This document shows, piece by piece, positions 26,908-41,116 of a stretch of DNA of 64,000 nucleotides (its first letter is position 1; every line of letters starts with the position of its first letter). Location: assembly GCF_009914755.1 (NCBI RefSeq), contig NC_060948.1, one strand, 5' to 3'. A program made the position numbers and the translations under genes. The notes beneath the pieces are model-generated. The model was not told where the DNA came from. It saw nothing but the letters and a program-made list of their open reading frames with translations, and ran no database searches. This DNA comes from the human T2T-CHM13v2.0 reference genome, Homo sapiens.

Positions 26908-29900
26908 GGCCTGGAATAAAGTGGAATGCTACGGTCTCGAATGGAATAAAAATGTATGGAATGGAATGCAATGAAACGGAATCGAATGTCATAGAATGTA
27001 ATGGAATGCAAAAAAATGGAATCCAAAATCATTGACTGGAAAGGCTGGGTGTCGAAAGGAATTGACTCCAATGGAATGGAATCGAATGGAATGGAAGTGA
27101 ATAGAATCGAACTAAATCGAATGGAATGGAATTGATAGGAACGGAATGGAAAGGAATGCAATGATTTGGCATGGAATGGAATCGAATGGCATCGAATGGA
27201 ATGGAATGGAATGCAATGGAATGGAATGTATTAGAATGTAATGAACTTTAATGGAATGTACTCGAATGGATTCGACTGGAATGGAATGTTCTGGAAGTGA
27301 ATGGACTCCAATGGAATGGATTCAAAAGGAATGGAATCGTACGGAATGGAATCTAATGGAATGGAATTAAATGGAAATGAATCAAATTGAATAGCACGGA
27401 ATTGAATTGAATGGAATGGAATGCAATGGAATCTAATGAAACGGAAAGGAAAGGAATGGAATGGAATGGAATGGGCTGGAATGGAAAGGAATCGAAACGA
27501 ATGGAATGGAATCGAACTGAAGAGACTGGAATGGAATGCACTGGAATGGAAGGGAGTGTAATGGAAGGTTCTCGAAAAAAATGGAATCGAATGGAATGGA
27601 ATTGAATGGAACGGAATAGAGTCGAATGGAATTGAATGGAATGGAATGGACTAGAGTGAAATGGAATCGAACCACAAGGAATGGACAGGAATAGAATGGT
27701 CTCGAATTGAATGGAATCGTATGGAATGGCATCAAACGGAATGGAATGGACAGCCACGGAATGGAATGCACTCGAATGCAATGGAGTCGAAACAAATGGA
27801 CTGGAATAGAATGGACTCGACTGGTACGGACTCCAATGGAATGGAATCGAACGGAAGGGAATCGAACGGAATGGACTCGAAGGGAAAAGACTGCAATGGA
27901 AAGGTCTCGAATGGAATGGAAATTAATGGAATGGAATGGAATCGAATGAAATGGAGTCAAAAGGAATGGAATCGAATGGCAAGAAATCGAATGTAATGGA
28001 ATCGCAAGGAATTGATGTGAACGGAACGGAATGGAATGGAATCCAAAGGAATGGAATAGAATGGAATGGAATCGAATGGAAAGGACTCGAATGGAAATCA
28101 CTCGAATAGAATGCAATTTAATAAAATAGGATCAAATGTAATGGAATGGAATGGAAAGGAATCGAAACGAAAGGAATGGAGACAGATGGAATGGAATGGA
28201 ACAGAGAGCAATGGTATAGAATGGAATGGAATCATCTGGAATGGAATTGAATGGAATGGAATAATATGAAATGGAATGGAATGGAATGGAATGGAATGCC
28301 CTTGAATTAAATGGACTGGAATGGAATGGACTCAAACAGAGTGGAATGGAAAGTGTGGAGGTAGAATGGAATGAACTCCTTTGGAATGGACTAGTAGGCA
28401 ATGCAATCGACTGGCAGGGAATCAAAAGGAATGTAATCGAATGGATTGGACTGGAATGCAATGGACTCGAATAGATTGGAAACGGAATGCAAAGAATGGA
28501 ATGGAATAGTATGGAATGGAATGGAAAGGAATGGAGTGGAATAGACTAGAGTGGAATGGAATGGACTGGAAAGCAATGGACTGGAATGGAACTTTCTTGA
28601 ATGGACTGGAATCAAACGGAATGGAATGCAATGCAATCAAATGGCATGGAATAAAATAGAATGAAAGAGAATCAAATGGAATTGAATCGAATGGAATCGA
28701 ATGGATTGGAAAGGAACAGAATGGAATGGAATGGAATTGACTCAAATGGAATGGACTAGAATGGAATGGATTCGAATGGAAGGCAAAGGAATGGAATCTA
28801 TTGGAATGGACTGTAATGGAATGGAATGGAAGGGATTGGAATGGACTCGAATGGAATGGACTGTAATAGAAAGGATTCGAATGGAATGAAAAAGAATTGA
28901 ATGGAATAGAACAGAATGGAATCAAATCGAATGAAATGGAATGGAATAGAAAGGAATGGAATGAAATGGAATGGAAAGGATTCGAATGGAATGCAATCGA
29001 ATGGAATGGAATCGAACGGAATGGAATAAAATGGAAGAAAACTGGCAAGAAATGGAATCGAAATGAATGGAGTGTTATGGAACGGACTCAAAAGGAATTG
29101 AATGTAATAGAATGGAGTGGAGTGGACTCGAATATAATGGACTGGAATGGAATGAAATCACATGGAATGGGAACGAATGGAATGGAATGGAAAGGAATGG
29201 AATCGAATGGAAAGGAATCGAATGGAAGGGAATGAAATTGAATCAACAGGAATGGAAGGGAATAGAATAGACGGTAATGGAATGGACTCGAATAGAATGG
29301 ACACGAATGCTCAAATTAAATGGACTCGAATGGAATGGAAACGAAAGGAATGTCATCGAATGGAATTGAATCGATTGGAATGAAATCGCATAGAATGGAG
29401 TGGAATCAAATGGAATTGAATCGAAAGGAAAGGAAGCGAATGGACTGAAATGAAATGGAATGGAATTGAATGGAAAGTAATGCAATGGAATAGAATGGAA
29501 CGAAATTTCACGGAATGGAATCAAACTGAATGGAATCAAATCAATGGAATCAAATCAAATGGAATGGAAAGGAATTGAATGGAGTAGATGGGATTGGATG
29601 GGATTGGAATGAAATGTACTGGAAAGGACTCGAATTTCATGAAACGGAATGGAATGAATTGGAACGGAATGGACTCGAATGGAATGGAATGTCATGGGAT
29701 GGCATCAAACGGAATGGCATCAAATGGAATGGAATCGAATGCAATGGAATGCTATGGAATGGAATGGAATGCATTGGAATGGAATGTCCTCTAATTGAAT
29801 GGATTCGAGTGGAATGGAATTGAATATAATGGAGTCGAATGAAATGGAATTGAAAGGAATGGGATCGAATACAATGGAATATACTGGAATGTAACGTAAT

Positions 29901-30435
29901 GAACTCGAATGTAATTGACTGGAATGGAATGTACATGAATGGAATGTAATCGAATGGAAAGTAATCCAATGGAATAGAATCTAATGCAATAAAATCGACT
30001 CAGATAGAGTAGAATGTAATGGAATGGAGTGCAGTGCAATGGAATGGAATGGAATGGAATGCAATGGAATGGAATGGAATGGAATGGGATGGAATGGTAT
30101 GGAATGGATAGTAATGGACTGGAGTGAAATGGACTGGAAAGGAATGGACTCAAATTGAAAGGGCACGAAAGGAATGGAGTCAAATGGAATGGTCTGGAAT
30201 GGAATGAACACGAATGTAATGCAACCCAATAGAATGGAATCGAATGGCATGGAATATAAAGAAATGGAATCGAAGAGAATGGAAACAAATGGAATGGAAT
30301 TGAATGGAATGGGAACGAATGGAGTGAAATTGTATGCAGTAGAAGTGAATAGAATGGAATGCAAGCGAAAGGAAAGGAATGGATTGGAATGGAATGGAAT
30401 TCATTGGAATGGAAGGGAATGTATTGTAATGGACA
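26908..30435 (+). repeat. DYZ1 monomer H8, 3528 bp (subtype B, shortest)
   Basis: GGCC to GGCC; two 15-bp deletions (~27850, ~30300), 1-bp deletion (~28494), 10-pentamer tract, ACTAGT at 28390. Confidence 0.92.
28588..28602. promoter_or_regulatory. Subtype-specific third HSE motif (gGAActTTCttGAAt)
   Basis: Perfect match here and at 32131, 53540 and 60667; other monomers read GAActTTCttGGA. Confidence 0.4.
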
Positions 30436-33400
30436 GGCCTGGAATAAAGTGGAATGCTACGGTCTCGAATGGAATAAAAATGTATGGAATGGAATGCAAT
30501 GAAACGGAATCGAATGTCATAGAATGTAATGGAATGCAAAAAAATGGAATCCAAAATCATTGACTGGAAAGGCTGGGTGTCGAAAGGAATTGACTCCAAT
30601 GGAATGGAATCGAATGGAATGGAAGTGAATAGAATCGAACTAAATCGAATGGAATGGAATTGATAGGAACGGAATGGAAAGGAATGCAATGATTTGGCAT
30701 GGAATGGAATCGAATGGCATCGAATGGAATGGAATGGAATGCAATGGAATGGAATGTATTAGAATGGAATGAACTTTAATGGAATGTACTCGAATGGATT
30801 CGACTGGAATGGAATGTTCTGGAAGTGAATGGACTCCAATGGAATGGATTCAAAAGGAATGGAATCGTACGGAATGGAATCTAATGGAATGGAATTAAAT
30901 GGAAATGAATCAAATTGAATAGCACGGAATTGAATTGAATGGAATGGAATGCAATGGAATCTAATGAAACGGAAAGGAAAGGAATGGAATGGAATGGAAT
31001 GGGCTGGAATGGAAAGGAATCGAAACGAATGGAATGGAATCGAACTGAAGAGACTGGAATGGAATGCACTGGAATGGAAGGGAGTGTAATGGAAAGTTCT
31101 CGAAAAAAATGGAATCGAATGGAATGGAATTGAATGGAACGGAATAGAGTCGAATGGAATTGAATGGAATGGAATGGACTAGAGTGAAATGGAATCGAAC
31201 CACAAGGAATGGACAGGAATAGAATGGTCTCGAATTGAATGGAATCGTATGGAATGGCATCAAACGGAATGGAATGGACAGCCACGGAATGGAATGCACT
31301 CGAATGCAATGAAGTCGAAACTAACGGACTGGAATAGAATGGACTCGACTGGTACGGACTCCAATGGAATGGAATCGAATGGAAGGGAATCGAACGGAAG
31401 GGAATCGAACGGAATGGACTCGAAGGGAAAAGACTGCAATGGAAAGGTCTCGAATGGAATGGAAATTAATGGAATGGAATGGAATCGAATGAAATGGAGT
31501 CAAAAGGAATGGAATCGAATGGCAAGAAATCGAATGTAATGGAATCGCAAGGAATTGATGTGAACGGAACGGAATGGAATGGAATCCAAAGGAATGGAAT
31601 AGAATGGAATGGAATCGAATGGAAAGGACTCGAATGGAAATCACTCGAATAGAATGCAATTTAATAAAATAGGATCAAATGTAATGGAATGGAATGGAAA
31701 GGAATCGAAACGAAAGGAATGGAGACAGATGGAATGGAATGGAACAGAGAGCAATGGTATAGAATGGAATGGAATCATCTGGAATGGAATTGAATGGAAT
31801 GGAATAATATGAAATGGAATGGAATGGAATGGAATGGAATGCCCTTGAATTAAATGGACTGGAATGGAATGGACTCAAACAGAGTGGAATGGAAAGTGTG
31901 GAGGTAGAATGGAATGAACTCCTTTGGAATGGACTAGTAGGCAATGCAATCGACTGGCAGGGAATCAAAAGGAATGTAATCGAATGGATTGGACTGGAAT
32001 GCAATGGACTCGAATAGATTGGAAACGGAATGCAAAGAATGGAATGGAATAGTATGGAATGGAATGGAAAGGAATGGAGTGGAATAGACTAGAGTGGAAT
32101 GGAATGGACTGGAAAGCAATGGACTGGAATGGAACTTTCTTGAATGGACTGGAATCAAACGGAATGGAATGCAATGCAATCAAATGGCATGGAATAAAAT
32201 AGAATGAAAGAGAATCAAATGGAATTGAATCGAATGGAATCGAATGGATTGGAAAGGAATAGAATGGAATGGAATGGAATTGACTCAAATGGAATGGACT
32301 AGAATGGAATGGATTCGAATGGAAGGCAAAGGAATGGAATCTATTGGAATGGACTGTAATGGAATGGAATGGAAGGGATTGGAATGGACTCGAATGGAAT
32401 GGACTGCAATAGAAAGGATTCGAATGGAATGAAAAAGAATTGAATGGAATAGAACAGAATGGAATCAAATCGAATGAAATGGAATGGAATAGAAAGGAAT
32501 GGAATGAAATGGAATGGAAAGGATTCGAATGGAATGCAATCGAATGGAATGGAATCGAACGGAATGGAATAAAATGGAAGAAAACTGGCAAGAAATGGAA
32601 TCGAAATGAATGGAGTGTTATGGAACGGACTCAAAAGGAATTGAATGTAATAGAATGGAGTGGAGTGGACTCGAATATAATGGACTGGAATGGAATGAAA
32701 TCACATGGAATGGGAACGAATGGAATGGAATGGAAAGGAATGGAATCGAATGGAAAGGAATCGAATGGAAGGGAATGAAATTGAATCAACAGGAATGGAA
32801 GGGAATAGAATAGACGGTAATGGAATGGACTCGAATAGAATGGACACGAATGCTCAAATTAAATGGACTCGAATGGAATGGAAACGAAAGGAATGTCATC
32901 GAATGGAATTGAATCGATTGGAATGAAATCGCATAGAATGGAGTGGAATCAAATGGAATTGAATCGAAAGGAAAGGAAGCGAATGGACTGAAATGAAATG
33001 GAATGGAATTGAATGGAAAATAATGCAATGGAATAGAATGGAACGAAATTTCACGGAATGGAATCAAACTGAATGGAATCAAATCAATGGAATCAAATCA
33101 AATGGAATGGAAAGGAATTGAATGGAGTAGATGGGATTGGATGGGATTGGAATGAAATGTACTGGAAAGGACTCGAATTTCATGAAACGGAATGGAATGA
33201 ATTGGAACGGAATGGACTCGAATGGAATGGAATGTCATGGGATGGCATCAAACGGAATGGCATCAAATGGAATGGAATCGAATGCAATGGAATGCTATGG
33301 AATGGAATGGAATGCATTGGAATGGAATGTCCTCTAATGGAATGGATTCGAGTGGAATGGAATTGAATATAATGGAGTCGAATGAAATGGAATTGAAAGG

Positions 33401-33978
33401 AATGGGATCGAATACAATGGAATATACTGGAATGTAACGTAATGAACTCGAATGTAATTGACTGGAATGGAATGTACATGAATGGAATGTAATCGAATGG
33501 AAAGTAATCCAATGGAATAGAATCTAATGCAATAAAATCGACTCAGATAGAGTAGAATGTAATGGAATGGAGTGCAGTGCAATGGAATGGAATGGAATGG
33601 AATGCAATGGAATGGAATGGAATGGAATGGGATGGAATGGTATGGAATGGATAGTAATGGACTGGAGTGAAATGGAGTGGGAAGGAATGGACACAAATTG
33701 AAAGGGCACGAAAGGAATGGAGTCAAATGGAATGGTCTGGAATGGAATGAACACGAATGTAATGCAACCCAATAGAATGGAATCGAATGGCATGGAATAT
33801 AAAGAAATGGAATCGAAGAGAATGGAAACAAATGGAATGGAATTGAATGGAATGGGAACGAATGGAGTGAAATTGTATGCAGTAGAAGTGAATAGAATGG
33901 AATGCAAGCGAAAGGAAAGGAATGGATTGGAATGGAATGGAATTCATTGGAATGGAAGGGAATGTAGTGTAATGGACA
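30436..33978 (+). repeat. DYZ1 monomer H9, 3543 bp (subtype B)
   Basis: GGCC to GGCC; 1-bp deletion (~32037), 15-bp deletion (~33845), 10-pentamer tract, ACTAGT at 31933. Confidence 0.92.
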
Positions 33979-36900
33979 GGCCTGGAATAAAGTGGAATGC
34001 TACGGTCTCGAATGGAATAAAAATGTATGGAATGGAATGCAATGAAACGGAATCGAATGTCATAGAATGTAATGGAATGCAAAAAAATGGAATCCAAAAT
34101 CATTGACTGGAAAGGCTGGGTGTCGAAAGGAATTGACTCCAATGGAATGGAATCGAATGGAATGGAAGTGAATAGAATCGAACTAAATCGAATGGAATGG
34201 AATTGATAGGAACGGAATGGAAAGGAATGCAATGATTTGGCATGGAATGGAATCGAATGGCATCGAATGGAATGGAATGGAATGCAATGGAATGGAATGT
34301 ATTAGAATGTAATGAACTTTAATGGAATGTACTCGAATGGATTCGACTGGAATGGAATGTTCTGGAAGTGAATGGACTCCAATGGAATGGATTCAAAAGG
34401 AATGGAATCGTACGGAATGGAATCTAATGGAATGCAATTAAATGGAAATGAATCAAATTGAATAGCACGGAATTGAATTGAATGGAATGGAATGCAATGG
34501 AATCTAATGAAACGGAAAGGAAAGGAATGGAATGGAATGGAATGGGCTGGAATGGAAAGGAATCGAAACGAATGGAATGGAATCGAACTGAAGAGACTGG
34601 AATGGAATGCACTGGAATGGAAGGGAGTGTAATGGAAGGTTGTCGAAAAAAATGGAATCGAATGGAATGGAATTGAATGGAACGGAATAGAGTCGAATGG
34701 AATTGAATGGAATGGAATGGACTAGAGTGAAATGGAATCGAACCACAAGGAATGGACAGGAATAGAATGGTCTCGAATTGAATGGAATCGTATGGAATGG
34801 CATCAAACGGAATGGAATGGACAGCCACGGAATGGAATGCACTCGAATGCAATGGAGTCGAAACTAATGGACTGGAATAGAATGGACTCGACTGGTACGG
34901 ACTCCAATGGAATGGAATCGAATGGAAGGGAATCGAACGGAAGGGAATCGAACGGAATGGACTCGAAGGGAAAAGACTGCAATGGAAAGGTCTCGAATGG
35001 AATGGAAATTAATGGAATGGAATGGAATCGAATGAAATGGAGTCAAAAGGAATGGAATCGAATGGCAAGAAATCTAATGTAATGGAATCGCCAGGAATTG
35101 ATGTGAACGGAACGGAATGGAATGGAATCCAAAGGAATGGAATAGAATGGAATGGAATCGAATGGAAAGGACTCGAATGGAAATCACTCGAATAGAATGC
35201 AATTTAATAAAATAGGATCAAATGTAATGGAATGGAATGGAAAGGAATCGAAACGAAAGGAATGGAGACAGATGGAATGGAATGGAACAGAGAGCAATGG
35301 TATAGAATGGAATGGAATCATCTGGAATGGAATTGAATGGAATGGAATAATATGAAATGGAATGGAATGGAATGGAGTGGAATGCCCTTGAATTAAATGG
35401 ACTGGAATGGAATGGACTCAAACAGAGTGGAATGGAAAGTGTGGAGATAGAATGGAATGAACTCCTTTGGAATGGTGTAGTATGCAATGCAATCGACTGG
35501 CAGGGAATCAAAAGAAATGTAATCGAATGGATTGGACTGGAATGCAATGGACTCGAATAGATTGGAAACGGAATGCAAAGGAATGGAATGGAATAGTATG
35601 GAATGCAATGGAAGGGAATGGAGTTGAATAGACTAGAGTGGAATGGAATGGACTGGAAAGCAATGGACTGGAATGGAACTTTCTTGGATGGACTGGAATC
35701 AAACGGAATGGAATGCAATGCAATCAAATGGCATGGAATAAAATAGAATGAAAGAGAATCAAATGGAATTGAATCGAATGGAATCGAATGGATTGGAAAG
35801 GAATAGAATGGAATGGAATGGAATTGACTCAAATGGAATGGACTAGAATGGAATGGATTCGAATGGAAGGCAAAGGAATGGAATCTATTGGAATGGACTG
35901 TAATGGAATGGAATGGAAGGGATTGGAATGGACTCGAATGGAATGGACTGCAATAGAAAGGATTCGAATGGAATGAAAAAGAATTGAATGGAATAGAACA
36001 GAATGGAATCAAATCGAATGAAATGGAATGGAATAGAAAGGAATGGAATGAAATGGAATGGAAAGGATTCGAATGGAATGCAATCGAATGGAATGGAATC
36101 GAACGGAATGGAATAAAATGGAAGAAAACTGGCAAGAAATGGAATCGAAATGAATGGAGTGTTATGGAACGGACTCAAAAGGAATTGAATGTAATAGAAT
36201 GGAGTGGAGTGGACTCGAATATAATGGACTGGAATGGAATGAAATCACATGGAATGGGAACGAATGGAATGGAATGGAAAGGAATGGAATCGAATGGAAA
36301 GGAATCGAATGGAAGGGAATGAAATTGAATCAACACGAATGGAAGGGAATAGAATAGACTGTAATGGAATGGACTCGAATAGAATGGACACGAATGCTCA
36401 AATTAAATGGACTCGAATGGAATGGAAACGAAAGGAATGTCATCGAATGGAATTGAATCGATTGGAATGAAATCGCATAGAATGGAGTGGAATCAAATGG
36501 AATTGAATCGAAAGGAAAGGAAGCGAATGGACTGAAATGAAATGGAATGGAATTGAATGGAAAGTAATGCAATGGAATAGAATGGAACGAAATTTCACGG
36601 AATGGAATCAAACTGAATGGAATCAAATCAATGGAATCAAATCAAATGGAATGGAAAGGAATTGAATGGAGTAGATGGGATTGGATGGGATTGGAATGAA
36701 ATGTACTGGAAAGGACTCGAATTTCATGAAACGGAATGGAATGAATTGGAACGGAATGGACTCGAATGGAATGGAATGTCATGGGATGGCATCAAATGGA
36801 ATGGCATCAAATGGAATGGAATCGAATGCAATGGAATGCTATGGAATGGAATGGAATGCATTGGAATGGAATGTCCTCTAATGGAATGGATTCGAGTGGA

Positions 36901-37547
36901 ATGGAATTGAATATAATGGAGTCGAATGAAATGGAATTGAAAGGAATGGGATCGAATACAATGGAATATACTGGAATGTAACGTAATGAACTCGAATGTA
37001 ATTGACTGGAATGGAATGTACATGAATGGAATGTAATCGAATGGAAAGTAATCCAATGGAATAGAATCTAATGCAATAAAATCGACTCAGATAGAGTAGA
37101 ATGTAATGGAATGGAGTGCAGTGCAATGGAATGGAATGGAATGGAATGCAATGGAATGGAATGGAATGGAATGGAATGGAATGGGATGGAATGGTATGGA
37201 ATGGATAGTAATAGACTGGAGTGAAATGGACTGGAAAGGAATGGACTCAAATTGAAAGGGCTCGAAAGGAATGGAGTCAAATGGAATGGTCTGGAATGGA
37301 ATGAACACGAATGTAATGCAACCCAATAGAATGGAATCGAATGGCATGGAATATAAAGAAATGGAATCGAAGAGAATGGAAACAAATGGAATGGAATTGA
37401 ATGGAATGGAATTGAATGGAATGGGAACGAATGGAGTGAAATTGTATGTAGTAGAAGAGAATAGAATGGAATGCAAGCGAAAGGAAAGGAATGGATTGGA
37501 ATGGAATGGAATTCATTGGAATGGAAGGGAATGTAGTGTAATGGACA
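33979..37547 (+). repeat. DYZ1 monomer H10, 3569 bp
   Basis: GGCC to GGCC; 12-pentamer tract at 37124. Confidence 0.92.
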
Positions 37548-40500
37548 GGCCTGGAATAAAGTGGAATGCTACGGTCTCGAATGGAATAAAAATGTATGGA
37601 ATGGAATGCAATGAAACGGAATCGAATGTCATAGAATGTAATGGAATGCAAAAAAATGGAATCCAAAATCATTGACTGGAAAGGCTGGGTGTCGAAAGGA
37701 ATTGACTCCAATGGAATGGAATCGAATGGAATGGAAGTGAATAGAATCGAACTAAATCTAATGGAATGGAATTGATAGGAACGGAATGGAAAGGAATGCA
37801 ATGATTTGGCATGGAATGGAATCGAATGGCATCGAATGGAATGGAATGGAATGCAATGGAATGGAATGTATTAGAATGTAATGAACTTTAATGGAATGTA
37901 CTCGAATGGATTCGACTGGAATGGAATGTTCTGGAAGTGAATGGACTCCAATGGAATGGATTCAAAAGGAATGGAATCGTACGGAATGGAATCTAATGGA
38001 ATGGAATTAAATGGAAATGAATCAAATTGAATAGCACGGAATTGAATTGAATGGAATGGAATGCAATGCAATCTAATGAAACGGAAAGGAAAGGAATGGA
38101 ATGGAATGGAATGGGCTGGAATGGAAAGGAATCGAAACGAATGGAATGGAATCGAACTGAAGAGACTGGAATGGAATGCACTGGAATGGAAGGGAGTGTA
38201 ATGGAAGGTTCTCGAAAAAAATGGAATCGAATGGAATGGAATTGAATGGAACGGAATAGAGTCGAATGGAATTGAATGGAATGGAATGGACTAGAGTGAA
38301 ATGGAATCGAACCACAAGGAATGGACAGGAATAGAATGGTCTCGAATTGAATGGAATCGTATGGAATGGCATCAAACGGAATGGAATGGACAGCCACGGA
38401 ATGGAATGCACTCGAATGCAATGGAGTCGAAACAAATGGACTGGAATAGAATGGACTCGACTGGTACGGACTCCAATGGAATGGAATCGAATGGAAGGGA
38501 ATCGAACGGAAGGGAATCGAACGGAATGGACTCGAAGGGAAAAGACTGCAATGGAAAGGTCTCGAATGGAATGGAAATTAATGGAATGGAATGGAATCGA
38601 ATGAAATGGAGTCAAAAGGAATGGAATCGAATGGCAAGAAATCTAATGTAATGGAATCGCCAGGAATTGATGTGAACGGAACGGAATGGAATGGAATCCA
38701 AAGGAATGGAATAGAATGGAATGGAATCGAATGGAAAGGACTCGAATGGAAATCACTCGAATAGAATGCAATTTAATAAAATAGGATCAAATGTAATGGA
38801 ATGGAATGGAAAGGAATCGAAACGAAAGGAATGGAGACAGATGGAATGGAATGGAACAGAGAGCAATGGTATAGAATGGAATGGAATCATCTGGAATGGA
38901 ATTGAATGGAATGGAATAATATGAAATGGAATGGAATGGAATGGAATGGAATGCCCTTGAATTAAATGGACTGGAATGGAATGGACTCAAACAGAGTGGA
39001 ATGGAAAGTGTGGAGATAGAATGGAATGAACTCCTTTGGAATGGTGTAGTATGCAATGCAATCGACTGGCAGGGAATCAAAAGGAATGTAATCGAATGGA
39101 TTGGACTGGAATGCAATGGACTCGAATAGATTGGAAACGGAATGCAAAGGAATGGAATGGAATAGTATGGAATGCAATGGAAGGGAATGGAGTGGAATAG
39201 ACTAGAGTGGAATGGAATGGACTGGAAAGCAATGGACTGAAATGGAACTTTCTTGGATGGACTGGAATCAAACGGAATGGAATGCAATGCAATCAAATGG
39301 CATGGAATAAAATAGAATGAAAGAGAATCAAATGGAATTGAATCGAATGGAATCGAATGGATTGGAAATGAATAGAATGGAATGGAATGGAATTGACTCA
39401 AATGGAATGGACTAGAATGGAATGGATTCGAATGGAAGGCAAAGGAATGGAATCTATTGGAATGGACTGTAATGGAATGGAATGGAAGGGATTGGAATGG
39501 ACTCGAATGGAATGGACTGCAATAGAAAGGATTCGAATGGAATGAAAAAGAATTGAATGGAATAGAACAGAATGGAATCAAATCGAATGAAATGGAATGG
39601 AATAGAAAGGAATGGAATGAAATGGAATGGAAAGGATTCGAATGGAATGCAATCGAATGGAATGGAATCGAACGGAATGGAATAAAATGGAAGAAAACTG
39701 GCAAGAAATGGAATCGAAATGAATGGAGTGTTATGGAACGGACTCAAAAGGAATTGAATGTAATAGAATGGAGTGGAGTGGACTCGAATATAATGGACTG
39801 GAATGGAATGAAATCACATGGAATGGGAACGAATGGAATGGAATGGAAAGGAATGGAATCGAATGGAAAGGAATCGAATGGAAGGGAATGAAATTGAATC
39901 AACACGAATGGAAGGGAATAGAATAGACTGTAATGGAATGGACTAGAATAGAATGGACACGAATGCTCAAATTAAATGGACTCGAATGGAATGGAAACGA
40001 AAGGAATGTCATCGAATGGAATTGAATCGATTGGAATGACATCGCATAGAATGGAGTGGAATCAAATGGAATTGAATCGAAAGGAAAGGAAGCGAATGGA
40101 CTGAAATGAAATGGAATGGAATTGAATGGAAAGTAATGCAATGGAATAGAATGGAACGAAATTTCACGGAATGGAATCAAACTGAATGGAATCAAATCAA
40201 TGGAATCAAATCAAATGGAATGGAAAGGAATTGAATGGAGTAGATGGGATTGGATGGGATTGGAATGAAATGTACTGGAAAGGACTCGAATTTCATGAAA
40301 CGGAATGGAATGAATTGGAACGGAATGGACTCGAATGGAATGGAATGTCATGGGATGGCATCAAATGGAATGGCATCAAATGGAATGGAATCGAATGCAG
40401 TGGAATGCTATGGAATGGAATGGAATGCATTGGAATGGAATGTCCTCTAATGGAATGGATTCGAGTGGAATGGAATTGAATATAATGGAGTCGAATGAAA

Positions 40501-41116
40501 TGGAATTGAAAGGAATGGGATCGAATACAATGGAATATACTGGAATGTAACGTAATGAACTCGAATGTAATTGACTGGAATGGAATGTACATGAATGGAA
40601 TGTAATCGAATGGAAAGTAATCCAATGGAATAGAATCTAATGCAATAAAATCGACTCAGATAGAGTAGAATGTAATCGAATGGAGTGCAGTGCAATGGAA
40701 TGGAATGGAATGGAATGCAATGGAATGGAATGGAATGGAATGGAATGGAATGGGATGGAATGGTATGGAATGGATAGTAATAGACTGGAGTGAAATGGAC
40801 TGGAAAGGAATGGACTCAAATTGAAAGGGCTCGAAAGGAATGGAGTCAAATGGAATGGTCTGGAATGGAATGAACACGAATGTAATGCAACCCAATAGAA
40901 TGGAATCGAATGGCATGGAATATAAAGAAATGGAATCGAAGAGAATGGAAACAAATGGAATGGAATTGAATGGAATGGAATTGAATGGAATGGGAACGAA
41001 TGGAGTGAAATTGTATGCAGTAGAAGAGAATAGAATGGAATGCAAGCGAAAGGAAAGGAATGGATTGGAATGGAATTTAATTCATTGGAATGGAAGGGAA
41101 TGTAGTGTAATGGACA
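37548..41116 (+). repeat. DYZ1 monomer H11, 3569 bp (EcoRI site lost)
   Basis: GGCC to GGCC; 12-pentamer tract at 40693; TAATTC at 41078. Confidence 0.92.
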
